This document shows, piece by piece, positions 26,201 to 41,200 of a stretch of DNA of 64,000 nucleotides. Position 1 is the first letter of the stretch; the number at the start of each line of letters is the position of its first letter. The DNA is from Auanema rhodensis (Eukaryota > Animalia > Nematoda): positions 7,254,001-7,318,000 of the forward strand of contig OZ059899.1 of the NCBI GenBank assembly GCA_964057225.1, read 5' to 3'. The position numbers and the translations under genes were made by a program. The notes below the pieces were generated by a model. It worked only from the letters and a program-made list of their open reading frames with translations, searched no databases and was not told the origin of the DNA.

Positions 26201-29200
26201 AATTGAAATATAATTCAAATAATGGATTATGTTTATCATTTCTTGGTATACGTAATTCAGATACAAGTTGATGAAATGGAATATCTTCTGAACGTTTAGC
26301 ATTAGAAAAAGCTTCTTCCACTATAGAAATATTTTCTTCTAATGATTGATTAGATAAATTAATATTTATAACAATATTATTTAAAAAATATCCAATTAAA
26401 TTTTGATTCTCATCATTTCGTCCAGATACTGGACATCCAATGACAATCTCATCATTCTTTAAATCTGTTTTCCATCTTCTTACTGTTTGAAGATATGCTG
26501 TCAATAAAATTATAAATTCTGTTGTTTTATGCTTTCGAGCAATATTTTGAATTTTTTTCCAAATTAAGGATGGTATGAACTTATTCTGTTTATTCCAAGT
26601 TCGTATACTATGTTCTTGTATACTGCCACGTATTGTAGTTGGAATAGTTGATTGAAGTTCATTCATCCTATTCTTCATTTCCATCGAATTGAATTTCTTA
26701 GATTTCTGCTGTTTCAAAGCAAAATGAGAAAGAGTATATTGAGGTTGTTTGATTTGAGATGCATTTAAATGATTTTCATAAAAACGTTTCAAATCTTTAG
26801 CAAGAACTGTCATTGACCATCCGTCTGTTAATATATGAGCTTGATTGAAAATTATTTTTAATTCTGATTCAACAATAGTCCATATGATTCTAAGTGGAAT
26901 ATCAGAATTGATATTAAAACGTATATTTCGTTCAGAATTTAAAAAGATTTCAAAGTTCTCAGATGAGAAATGCTTCGCTGTCAGGTTTTGATATGATTCC
27001 GTAAGTGATAGATTGTCTTGATATACCACTTGAGTTTTCGAAGTTCGAAAAACTGTTCTAAAGCTTCTCTGATGAGCTATTAAGCTATTTATAGCATATC
27101 GTAGTATTTTATGTGATATATCTGAAGATATAGGAAATGAAAGAATAAAAAATAAATTATAATCAGATGATGTATGAGACATTTGATGAAGAACATACAT
27201 ATGTTCTTGTGAAGATGATAAAGGAATTTCTTCTATATTCATATCAATATTCTCTATTTCTTTATTTTTTATTTTCTTTTGACAATCTTTAACAATATTA
27301 ATTAATTGTTTTAATGATGGATTATCAAATAATATTTTGCTATTTAATTTAATATTTAATAGATCATTAAGTTTCCAAATAAGTTTTAAAGCACTTAATG
27401 AATTACCGCCTAATTCGAAAAAGTTTGAGTTATCATCAATGCTTGATAAGCTGAGAATATCTTTCCAAATATTTCGAATTATATCTTCTTCAGTTTCTTT
27501 TGAGTATATTCTAAAATCATTTGATACTAAATTCGAATGTTCAATTTGTTTTTTGATTAATAACTTCTGTAATTGAATTGGATTCATTGGGCTATATGCT
27601 AGACTTGAAGTTAAATTAAATGATTGTTGTATAAGATTATCTGCTTGGTTTAGATTGATTGAACACTGTTGAAATATTGAAGCTAAAGGTCCCTGATATC
27701 TTGATGCCATTCCAGAATCTTGAACCATTGGCCACTGTATTGAAGTTATTCGATCAATCATATGATGTCCCGTAGAAGCTAATGAATCAAAATATATATT
27801 ACTTGAAGCATAATCATCATTTCCTTGAATAGATAATGAAGAACTTAATGATGATACTAGAATCAAATTTTCAATCTTTCGATTATGCTTCTCCAAATAA
27901 GTTAAAATCATTTCACAACCAAATATTTTTGGTTTCAAAACACATTCCATTTGTGAAACTGTCTTGTTAAGAGTTGATGAAGTAGATTGTCCAGCAGCAT
28001 GAATAATCGTATTGATATCAGTTTCTTCAGAATAGATATCATCCAAAAGTTGATAAATTGATTCAGAAGACATCAAATCAACGTATTTGAAAACTGTTTT
28101 ATCAGATTTCAATGATTTCTTTTCTCTATTACATATTATTATCTTTTGAACATTTTTTAATAATTGTAATTGCTGTATATAACGTGAGCCAATAGTGCCT
28201 GAACCTCCAAATACAAGAATTGTTCCTGATATAGTATTTCTAAATTCATTTTGTTTTATATAATATTTAGTATATTCAATTGAAAATATTTTAGATGATA
28301 ATAATATTATATAATCTTCAATACAATTGAATATTGATGATATTATATAAACTAATGATAATTTATCAGGATTTAAAATAAATTTAAAATGTATATTATG
28401 AAGAAGATATTGTTCTCTAAGAGGTCCAAGACAAATACTATGATGAGGTAAATTATTATTTGATATAATATATAATTTACTATTTTCTTTTAAAATAGAT
28501 AAAAGATGTTTGGTAATAAAAAATGGTTCTAAATAATTAGAAGATGATGGTATATAGATAACTATATCACCTGAGATTTTAGTCATTTTCATTATTTCTT
28601 CTGTATAATATATATTAGAAATATATAATTGACAAGAATTTAGCCATGTTAGTTGATGAGATTCTTCTAATATTACAGATATGTTCATCTTCTTCAAATT
28701 TTCTTTTTCAAATTTCTTTATCTGGATTGGAGTGAGCGTTTGATTGAAAAATGAAAATTTATCTAATTTCTCTTCCAAACTTTCCCAACATACTGTTGGT
28801 GAAAATGAATAAGTTGGTAAATTTACATCTCTTAGCTCAAAGTTTTCAAATATTTTTGAAAAATTCACTTCATAACCAGTACTCCATAAATCAGCCAATG
28901 ATTGGATAAGTTGAGATTCAATAGTAGAGAAGTTATATTGTTTCTTTGATAACATTGTATTTACAACTGTTATCTTACTCATTGATTCTTCAAGTAAAGT
29001 GTTCAAAATCCCAGAAGGACCTATTTCAATTATAATTTCAATTTCTTGTTTTTGAAATAGTTTTTCTAAGCATTTATCTAAACGAACAGGTTTTCTGAGA
29101 TGGTCCATCCAATATTTCGCGTCCAAGTTGTATCGTATTTCCCCATCTACATTAGAAATCAATGGCTTCGTTAATTTCTTATGAAAATCCACACTTTCTA

Positions 29201-32200
29201 GATAATTTTTGAATTCTTCTTCAATTGGTATCATCATTGAACTATGAAAACCTTTATCAGTTTTCAATTCTTTGAAATCAATGTCAGCTTTCATAAGTTC
29301 TGTTTTACATTTTTCAATTGAAATACTATTTCCAACTATGCATTTCAAAGTTTTAGATAAAATTGCAGAAATCTCAACATCTTTCATTTGGCTTAGAAGT
29401 ATTTCGTGAGAATCAATATTACGAACTGTTAACATTCGAGCATTTTGAGTATTTTCACATAATTCTCCACGCTTCTTTAAAAGATTAATAATCTGTATTT
29501 CATCTAATAAATTACTAAAACAAGCAGCAGAATATTCACCAATACTATGACCAATTAGAACTGAACTATCAACAGACCAAAACTTTAATTGTTCAGCTAT
29601 AGACCAATTTACAATAAAATTTGCAACTTGTCCATATTTAGTATTTTGAAGCTTATTTGATGAATCAAATTGCAAGATCTCAAGAAAATCCACATCATAC
29701 AAATCTGTTGCTTTTTCACATAACTTTATAAGAGTTTTGGAAAAAATTGATGTTTTATCTGATAATAATGATGATTCAAATCCAGGATATAAAACCCCTT
29801 GAGGTGAAAAGAAGAAACAAATATTCTTATTTGTTATTTTTCTTGATTTTTGGATTTTTTTATCTGATCTGCGTAACTGTTGAATTGCTTGCTCAACAGT
29901 ACTCGCAGATATTGCTATCCTGTATTCATGATGTTCTCGATGATTTTGAAGCGTTGAAGCAACATTTGCTAAATCAATCTCTTTATCGTGCTTTTCTAAG
30001 TAATTTGCTAATAATTGGCAATATTGTTTCAATGATTGTGCACTTTTAGCTGAAATAGGTAGAATTTGAATTTTATTTGATTTTTTGTTCAAGGATGTAG
30101 GTGATTCAACACCTTCAAGAATTAAATGTCCATTTGTTCCACCAATTCCAAAAGAACTAATAGCTATTAAACTATTAGGTTTTAATCTTTGTTCATAGCT
30201 TGATAGAAACATTCTTCCTTCTAATAAATTTAAAGTTTTTTTCAGATGACATTGTGGTGGTATACGAGTAGTTTGAAGCATTTTAATACATTTAATGATA
30301 GAAGCTATTCCAGCAGCAGCAAATCCATGACCGATATTCGCTTTAACAGATCCTAATTGTATTTTTTCTTTGAATTTTCCATAAGTCTCATCTAAGGCTT
30401 TAAGCTCCATTTCATCTCCTACACGAGTGCCTGTGCCATGACATTCAATATATGTAATTCTATTCTGAGCCACTGAATCAAGCTGATCCAAAGCTTCCTG
30501 TATACATCTTGTCTGGCCACTATACGAAGGAGCCATAAAACTAGCTTTCTGGAATCCATCGTTATTAATTTCAAGACTTTTGATGACGGCTAGAATGCTG
30601 TCTCCATCTCTCTTTGCTTGACTGAGCCTTTTTAGCACAATACAACCAACAGCTGAGCCTCGCACGATGCCATCAGAACTTTGTGTATCAAATGGTTGGC
30701 AATAACCTGTCTTTGATAATACATGTCCTTCTTGATATTCATAAGAATCATCATCCGGTAAAACGATTGAAGCAGCACCAGTTAATGCTATATCAATTTT
30801 GTTTAAACGTAGAGAGTTTATAGCACAATCAATAGCTGATAATGATGTTGAGCAGGCTGAATAGACACCAATAGCTGGACCTTTCAAATCTAATAGATGA
30901 GATGTAAGGGAAGCAGTAAAATCTTTTTGATTCATAAGAAAAAGTTCCATTAATGATCCTTTAGGAGCAATAGTATCTTTACCATATCGGCTTGGTTCAG
31001 CACCAGCATAAACGCCAATACGAAGTTTTTCTCTCTCTTTTGCATAACCGGCATGATCTAGAGCTTTATAAGAATGTAAAACGAATTGTCTTATTTGAGG
31101 ATCAAATATAGTTGAATCAGTTTGAGATAATTTCCAAAAAGAATGATCAAAATATTTTATATTTGGTAACATTCCAGCAGCTTTTACATTAACATTGACT
31201 TCATGAGTTACATTATTGGATCTCATAATTGAATCTTCTGTATTGAATAAACTTTCCCAGAATTCTTCAATATTTTCAGATCCAGAAAATGATCCACTCA
31301 TTCCAATAACGGCTATTGGTTCTTTGATATTTAACAAATTTTCTTGAGTATCGTCTATGCTTTTTGGATTTTCCTGTTCTACAGAAGATAATGAAGAAAT
31401 AAGCTTATCCAACTTTGAGATTGTACTATTTTCATATAAATCTGTAGAGTTTAATGAGAGTTTGAAATTTTTTTGCAATAATGTACGAATTTCTTCCATC
31501 ATTAATGAATCTATACCAAGATTCATTAATGGAGTATCAAGATCATCATCAACATTCTTTAAACCGCTTACTTCTTTGATGATTTCTCGAACATTTTGCG
31601 TTTTACATGTTATATCTGATAAATTTTCATGTTGATTAACAGACAACAGATTAAACAAAAATTTTTTTAAGTGAGGTTGCTTCTGAACGATCTTCTCAAA
31701 ATCACCATGGAAAACAATGATTTCCTTTTCTTCTGAATGAATTTTTGATAAGACTTCTGAAGATTCTATGAAATCCCACCCTCTCCGCTCTATTCCTTCT
31801 CTAATATGTTGCATAGATGATCCAGCAAGCATTCCTACGTCTGAGCATGGACCCAAATGAAGAACAACTGTGTTCTGAGAAGATTTTTGAGCAAGCGATG
31901 TCATTAAACCGTTTATGAAAACATAATTAGCTTGTCCAGCCGAACCCAAAATAGTTGCGATCGATGAAAAAACTAATATTTTAGAATTTTTCTTTGCTAG
32001 TCTCTCTAGAGATTGAAATCCGTCCACTTTTGATTTCCAAATTTCATGAAAGTCGTCTGCCAAGATCTTTCTATATGAAACATTTTTAACCAAGCCAGCA
32101 CAATGACAGATGAGATCGTATTGGCCGGAAAATTCATCAGTTGAGATTTGGCTGACATCTTGACCAAGTCTTCTTGATATTTGCGTAACTTGATGAGGCT

Positions 32201-35200
32201 TCAAATATTTCATCAATTCATTTGCTAAACCTCCACGAGCTCCAGTAATTAAAAGATGATTAGGTACTATAGTCTCCTCTGTAGTATTACTTATTGACAA
32301 TTCTGATAATCTTTCAACATATCTTAATCCATTTCGGTAAAATATAGCTTCATATATATCAGCAGTTTCTAATTCTTCTTCAATATTCTGGATATTTTCA
32401 TACGAAATGAACAAGTAAGGATGTGGTTTCTCACTTGCTAAAGTTCGTAAAAGTCCCGTCCATTCAGTTTTCATTGTTTCATCCGATGATACAACTAAAG
32501 CAAAAACATTCCCTTGGCAGACATCCAGTGACTTCCAAATATCGATCAACATCATAGCTGAAGTAACTGTAGACTCCAAAGGTTCAAAAACCAAAATAGA
32601 ATTAGATATCTGATCGATTTGACACTTGTCAATCTTTGGAAAATTGCCAATTGTAGAAGAAATACCGAAAATGGTAACTGTTTTACTTTGATATTTAGAT
32701 TCTTTGCTTTTTCTAATTAATTGTTTTTTAAATGTTATGCTTCTACTCCTTTCTTTCAACTGTTTGGACATTGCATCACATTTGAAAGGCCAAAATCGAC
32801 GTTCATTAAATTCATAAGAAGGTAGTATAGCTAAAGGATCCATGTTTTGATTATTATATAATTTCCAATTAATTTGCATGTTTTTGATATATGACAAACC
32901 AATTATTTTATGAAATAATATAGGATTTAGTACATCAATAGTGTTTGATCCTAAACTTTTTAAGAATTCATTAACTAATGTTCTAGTAAGTTTTCCGCTT
33001 TTGAGATGTAATGCAAGAGAATTACAGAAGTAAAATGAAATAGTTTCATTATCTGGTATTATATTCCATTCCATATCATTCTCATCAAGAAGTTGTTCAT
33101 TTGGTTTATCAGAATCCCATACTATTTGATATTTAAAATCAAATAAAATACATTTTCTATATCGAAAATGTTGTCGACCTTTTTGAAGTTTTGTACAAAT
33201 TTGTGAAAGAGGAATCTCGGAATGTTTTATGAAACTTAAAGTTTTGTTTGTTAAACGTTCTAATGAAACTAATGATTTTGCTGAAATCACAACTAAATAG
33301 TATTTTTGAATTTGATTTTCCTCATGAGTCAATATTGGACGAATTGATTTCTCTAAAATCAAACTTCCAATTGTGCCACTGAAGCCAAAGTTATTTACTC
33401 GTATACGTTCAATTGAACTTTCTTGGCCAATAAAATTGATTGCCAATCTATCCGTATCCAGTTGTCTATTTACTAAACTAATATGCTGTTGAGGTAAACG
33501 GTATCCATATTGCATTTGAAGCAATACGGCTATCAGGCTTGCTAAACCTGATACAGCTTCTGTATGCCCTATTGCTGATTTTATACTTGATATGGTTATT
33601 GGATCAGTCTGCTCTTGTGTCTCCACTGCGATCGCTTTGGCTTCAATAACATCGCCAATGGCTGTTCCACTTCCATGACATTCAACATGACTTATAGGAA
33701 CAGTTCGTGCACCGTCCGAAGACATTATCCGAATCTGAGATCGACCATTAGGCACATGTAATGCACTGGCTGAACCATTATGTCCCAGATTACACGAGGA
33801 TATTTTAGCAACTATTGGTAAATCGCTATTACAAGAGCTAGATTGATACATATCTCTTGTCAATATAACACAAGCAACACCCTCTGCTCTCTTATAACCA
33901 TTTGCCGATGCATCAAAAGCTTTACAAGATGTTGAAGATTCGGATGGTAGCATTCCAGCATGTTTAAGGGAGTCTGTCACACAATTGGTTAGAATCACAT
34001 TAACAGCTGCTACAACAGCCATATCACATTTTCTGTTCATCAGCATTTCATATGCTAGCCATATACCTGTCATAGATGAACTGCAAGCTGTATCTAAAGT
34101 AATAGCTGGTCCTTCTGTAGAGAAGAAATGAGCCAAACGCCCAGCCGTACAACTACGATTAGTCCCCGTGGTATAGAATCCGTTAGGCTTAGTAAAATTA
34201 TTGCTGATAGCATCAGCTATCGCAAGTTGTTCGAAGTCACAACCACTTAAACCGACCAAAATTGCGGTACGTTTGGGTAGTTCGGTTATACCATATCGCT
34301 CCATACATCGACTCACAGTCTTCAAAAGAAGACGTTGGTTAACGTCAATAAAAGCAGCTTCACGTGGGCTAACTCCAAAATATTCTGGGTCCCATTCATC
34401 AATAGAGGAATCTAGTAGATTTACGAAATTTCTATGTGATGGTGAAGTTTCTGAAGTCCTTTTACGATAATGATAATCAGTAGGGGTTTGTTTCGTAAGC
34501 TGCATCCAAAATGATTCAGGGTCATAAGCATTATGACAAAACATGCAATCGTACCCGACAATTCCAACATTTGAATTCATATATTCCTGATCATCAGTAG
34601 GCCATGATTCACTTTGATCTGACGAACAATCATTTGTGCAAAAGCTTGGAGCAGTACTGTTAGGCAAAGGAATCAATGATATAGATTTTTCCATAATACT
34701 CATTTCATTGAACCCTTGAAACAGAATCACATCCTTATCATTGTCAGACGAACTACTTAAATGAACAGCTGAGTTAACTCTTATAAACTTTTCATTGAAT
34801 TCTATAATTTCTGAAGAAATCCAAATTTCAAACTCAGTATCTGGCAGCTCAGACATTGAAATCATCTCAATTGAATTAATAGCAACGGGTATGAATATAA
34901 GATCAGGTCGTCTTGTAAGCATCAGGGGACAGACTGAATGAAATGAAGCATCAATTAGTGGCCACACTTTATTTGACTGAAAATAACTTAGTTAGGTTCA
35001 ATAATTTTCAATAATGTTTCCATATTTTGTTTCAAAAATATTTCAATTCCCTGATATGCAAATAATAATAATATTTCACAATCACACATGTAACGCGCTC
35101 AAATTCAACTTTCGATTGTTAACCTGATTTATACTGTTATATTTAATTTTATAAAAATTGTTTATATTAATGTTTGTTTTATATTTATTTAAAATTATGT

Positions 35201-38200
35201 TACCTTTACGTGAGCTTTGCACAGTATTCTGTCTCCTTCTCCAATATACATATTGTTAAGTAACTGAAAATGAGATCCATACTCCGTACCATTAATAGAT
35301 TGCTGTTTATAATAGTTCGAAATATTTAGCTGTTCCGTGCATTCTGCTTGAAGTTTTCTTCGATTGATAGATTGTGCATTGCTGTTTTCCTTATAACTTA
35401 TCTGGCATGAAGTGATTTTTTGTTTTGCAACTTCCAATATAACTTCATTGAAGTTGTTGAGGTATAACTTGTAGGACCTACTTTTACTCAACTTCCACGG
35501 AAGATAGAATTTTATATTTGATAATCTGAATGTTGTTGAATCATTTAGAATGTGTTTATACCATTCACATATTTTAAACAGTTGAAACGCTGCGGGAATT
35601 ATTACTTCATCTTTTACTACATGGCTCTTAATGATATTTTCTTCTTCGCCACTTATAGAACCTTCAAATATTATTGGCCACTTATTCAAATGAACTTCTT
35701 CGAGATATGGATAGCCATTTATAAAGACATTATACCAGTTTATAAAATATCCAGATTGTTCAAGATCAAGGGCAGTTTTCACAAATGTTTCAATATCACA
35801 ATATTTTTCAGAACATGTTGCTCGAATAATGTGATTTCCTTCAGTATTACTGCTGCCGCTCAGTGTTTTCTGTACCAAAGAGCTCAACGTTTGACCTGGA
35901 CCGATTTCCAACCAGATGTTAACGCTTTCATTGCATAATGTTTCGATACATTTCACGAAATTTACTGGTTGCGTTACATGACTCATAAGGTATTCTTCAG
36001 TGAATTGATGAATTTGTTTCCCGGTTATACAACTAATTATTCCAGAATCTGAATATGTGAATGGAATAGTTTTAAGCAGTTTACTGAAATCAAGTAAATC
36101 TTTTGTGTTAATTAATGGTGAATGGAAGGGATACTTATCGTTGATGACCGTTACTCTCTTTCCTTCCCTTTTCAAAGAGACGAAAATCGCTTCCAAAGTT
36201 GTTAGATCACCAGCTATAACAACTTGATTTGGACTGTTCCAAGCCGAAACATGTACGTTATAACTAGATATTATGTCATATACATTCTCAGAATCTATAG
36301 CAAGTAGACCTCCTCGGTTCTCAGCTTGTTCCATTGCTAAGCCGCGACTCACTGCAATCGACAAGGCTTCATCGAATGTTAACATCTTTGCAGCAGTCCC
36401 TGCTACTAATTCACCTATACTATGCCCTACCAGAAAATCTGGTTGAGGCAATCCTACATATTGCCAAAGTTCATAGAGTGCAAAACAGAAACAGAGCAAT
36501 ATTGGTTGACTGACAGAAGTTTTTTGAAGAACGTAAGCTGAATCATGCGAAGTGATCGCATGTTCAAGGTCTAATGTAAAATATTTTTGTGCTTTCTGCA
36601 GATTCTTGAAAAAATAGTGTTGGAATGTTGGGAAAATTGAACAATACTGTCTGGCCATTCCTATATATTGACTTCCTTGTCCTGAGAACATCATAACAAA
36701 TTTTACAGCTTGAACTCTTGAATTCATACTACAAGTTAGTTGTTTTAATTTTTGTTTTGCATTCTCCAACGAATTCGCAATAATCTGTTGTACATATTGA
36801 CTTTGGAGTGTGTTTTGTCTAGGTATAGTTGTAGGGAAGTTCATGAATTGTTCCATTCGTGTGACTTCTTGATAGAAAGAATTTTCATCGTCGTAAAAGA
36901 TGTTGAAGCCAATGATAGAAATGTTGTATGTTGTTGAGTTGGTTGTTTCTTTAGATTCTTCAGTGCATAAAAGATCGATAGGTATATCTTTTCTAAATTT
37001 TAGAAGCTTTTCTATATCTATTTTTGCTATCAGTAAACGTTCCTCCTTTGCCTGTATAGCCATTTTAAGATATTGAAGAGCTTCTTCCGTAGTTTGTCCT
37101 GTTAAACCTATCTTCTCAAGGTGATGTAATATTCTTGGATCAGAAGCCATTCCAGTATCTCTCCAATTCCCCCAAGCTATTGAAGACGTACCTATATGTC
37201 CTTTACGACGTCTAATTTCAACCAGCTGATCCATAATTGTATTAACTACTCCGTAGTTGGCTTGTCCAATATTTCCACAAACTGCCGTAAAGCTTGACAT
37301 AACTAAGAACGTTGATGGACGCATATCAAGCTTTTCTAACATGCGGTCAATATTTTTAAATCCTAGAACTTTTGGACGATAAACATCTTCGAACATTTTT
37401 TGTGTCTGCCTTTCAATTCTAGAATCTCTTAAGAGCCCAGCACAGTGAATTATACCGTCTAATGGCATAGTAAGCGTTTGAAACACTCTTTGTATATCAT
37501 CGAATAAGGCAACATCTGTACTGTGAACATGAATATTAACTCCACGCAGACGCATTTTCTGAATTTCTTTTAGCTTCTCTTGTGATGGAATGCGTCGAGA
37601 AAGTAAATGAAGTTCCGATACGGTACTATACGTAGAGAGCCATTCAGCACATGCCCAGCCAATTCCGCTCAAACCTCCGGTAATTAACCAGTTTCCTTTT
37701 ATAATCGTGTTATTATTTTTTAAATTTGATTGGTAGCGATGTATTCTGTCGGGCCAAGTGAACATTATTTTTGGGAAATGTTCAGCTGACAAAGTTTTAA
37801 AAAAACTTATCGCTAGTTGGTTGATACTTTTCGTATAATTCTGCACATATAATTGAACTGTAAATGTAATTTTAAATATAAGTTCACTGAAATAACACAA
37901 GCTATTGAAAAGGTCAAACTCGTTCATACAGTTGTCCGGGAAATCGAAATTAATAGTTGAGTTATGAGATATTTCTTGAATGACTTGTTCAATATTCATT
38001 GTCGGTTTTTCCAATACACAAAATTTGTTATCGATAAATGATATGTTATAATCATAATATGTTTTATAATTTTTAGCTGGAACAGTTGTATAAACATGAC
38101 AAAAATTATTTTCATCTGGCGGTTTTACTTCGTTGGCCAAGTGAAAATCCGACGGTTTTGTCATTAAGGTTGTTTCCATTCCTATCGAAGTTTTGGCTAA

Positions 38201-41200
38201 GTGATCGGCTAATTCATCCAAATTAACAAATTCGAACAAATTGGAAGTGGTAACATTTAAGGATGGAAGATAACGTTCGTTTAATCGGTTAACAAAGTCT
38301 ACTATGGCAATAGAATCTAATCCAAGTTGCATGAAACCAGCTTTTGTATCAATTTCTTCCAGAGGTTCCATCATTATGTCTTCTAAAGCTTGGAGCAGAA
38401 CTGTAAGCATTTTTCTTTTTTCATTTGCATAATCATCCAAATGATTGGTTTCTATTGAGCATTCCTTATTTTCGCTTATATGTTGATCTTCATCAACATC
38501 AGCTACTTCAAATGTTTTTATGTTTATATCTCTTTTCTGTACTATAAACTGAGTTAGTGTTTCTATCGACGGAAAATCAAATATATCTGATGTTGAGATT
38601 TCATATGTCATTAAGTTGCTCATATTCAATCGGTTTACAAAGTCTATTAATGACAATGAGTCCAAACCAAAGTCCATAAATCCCGTATCAGATTCTGTTA
38701 AGTTTTGATCGAGGCCGTCAGGCATAACATCATCTAGGGCTTCAAGAATTTTTTTTCGAATTTGATTGTAATTGTCGGTTTGTTGGCATGATTGATCTAC
38801 TTTGTCTTCGCAACTTATGTCGTTATTGACAATTTCGTTTGCTGATAAATCTGGACGTGAAAACAAAATTTTGAGGAACGTCGTATCTTCTTCGACAGCA
38901 AATATTTCTATTTGATTATTTTCAGTCAGGTAGCTCTGTACATGGAATGCAGTAGGTAGCTCCTTGAAACATATAATTTCTAAAGATCCAATGTCTGAAT
39001 ATGTGAATCCCATCTGTTTTATCTGAGAAAACAATGCTGTATATGAACTTTCGCGTATACCATTTCTTGGTATTTTCATTTCTGTTTCTGTTGAAACCTT
39101 TGGTTCTTCCATTCCTTCTTGAATGTAGCAACGGAATAAAAATTCATTTGCTACATCTGCTTCCATTTTCCATATATTGTTTTCTTTCTTCATATGAATG
39201 GCTAAAAATGTTTTATCTTCGGGCTTAAATTCTCCAACTTCTATTTTCCGTATAGCGAACGGTTCTTTAGTCATTCCTTTCCCGGCAGCACATATAATTT
39301 CCAGGACAGTAGCATATACTAGAAGTTGATGTTGTTCTTTTGAACACTCTTCGTAAATCTGAGGATGCCGCAACCTATTGAGTTGATTCTCGTATAGTAT
39401 ATAGTTATTATCTCCTTTAACCTTTCTTCCTATTAAGTAATGATCAAAAAGAGTTTTGCGTTCCCTGAACCAAATATCCTGACGATCAAATGAATAATTC
39501 AAATTGTTGACAGGTTTCTGAGGTTTCTTGTAAATAATTCTATAATGATCATCACTTCCATTTGTGTAACTTAGAGAAAATATTCTAAGAATAGTTCTCA
39601 TTGTTCGAATGGATAATACAGCCTCTTCATTGGGAGTTATATCATATGTTTCCGGAATATGCTGAGTTTGAATGCCATGTTTTTCTAAAACCGTTTTCAC
39701 TTCGTTTTGTGTGAAAACGTCTTCCAAATCTTCAAATAGATTTTCTGATCTTCTTATACTTCCAGAATGTGCTAACAATAAGATATAATCTCTTGAATTC
39801 ATTGTTCTAATCTAAATATGATAATATTACATTTTAATACAAAAAAATATATACAATATACCTGGATATTTCGACTGAATTCGTTTATAAATTGATATAA
39901 AGCTAGACGAAGTTTAACTTCTCTTTTTCTTTCTTTTGGTTGCATATCAAATAATTCTTGAATTCTTGAAATAGAAAGAATATTTGGATCTAAGTCCGGA
40001 TGAATATAAACTTCTGTTAATTCCCAATCATCGCGTTTATCAAGTTGAAATGATTCAATTATCTTTCTGCTTGAATTATATATGAAAGCTGTACGATATT
40101 GAGTATAATGTGGTCGATGACTAAGACTTGATGCTATCACATCTAGGCTAGCAAAACGATCGTCTATGGCAAATTGCACTTTCTTCTTCATTTCATCCAA
40201 TGATCTCTTGGTTTTAGCCGAGATTAGTAATAAATAGAAAGAACTCAATGGATTGTTATTAGTTATTTCTTCTTCAATATGATCTTCTGTTGCAATCTAA
40301 AAATAATGAACCTAGATATGTGTACATTAATGTAAACAAAATGAAAATATATTCACATATACATATTCATTAATCAAAATTTATTTTTACTTACCTTTCT
40401 TACTATCAAAGCTACATTGGTACCACTTACACCAAATGATGAAATTCCGCATCTGCTCATCTCAAGCTCTTGGCCTACTACAGGTAATGAGATATTGTTT
40501 ATATCAATATTCTTGTTAAGCGTATGGAAATGAAGCTGAGGAGGTACATATCCATGTTTGAGCATCATTAGAACTTTGATAAGACTTGTGACTCCAGCCG
40601 CTGCTTCAGAATGTCCAATAGATGCTTTAACTGAACCAATCACTGAATCTTCAAGAAGGGAAGACAGAACATTCATCTTAAAATATTTACATTTTGCTGC
40701 TCCGATAACATTATTTACCTCTATTGGATCGCCTACAGGCGTACCAGTTCCATGTGCTTCCCAATATGGGATTGTCTTAGCGTTCTTTCTCAATAAGTCG
40801 GATATAAGCTCAAAATGTGCTTCTCCTTTAGGAGATGTTAATGATACTCCACGCCCACAGTGGTTAGAAACAATGTTCTCTATGATTCCCATATAAGGAA
40901 CTCCATTTTTTGCCTGTATAGACAAAAGTAATAATTTAACATGACGTGTAACTGCTTACTTTTTCTAATAATACTACGCTGCAACCGTCTGCTCTTCCAT
41001 ATCCAGCAGCTCTTTCATCAAATGAATAGCACATACCGTGCTCCGATAACATGTTTCCGTTAGCTCTTAATCCTAAAATTGTTGGTCAATTTGTTTATTA
41101 AATGTTTATACTTGCCTAAGCCCTTTTCACTTAGAATTAAATTTACCCCAGCTACAATAGCTTTTGTACATTTTCCTTCCTTAAGAGATTGTTGAGCAAG

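Noticed and set aside
24051-39802. Bacterial contamination or recent HGT of the PKS-NRPS, or two separate PKS genes
   Set aside because: The ORFs join in frame via GT-AG/GC-AG introns, base composition matches the host, the flanking genes are nematode, and the architecture matches the nematode pks-1 family.
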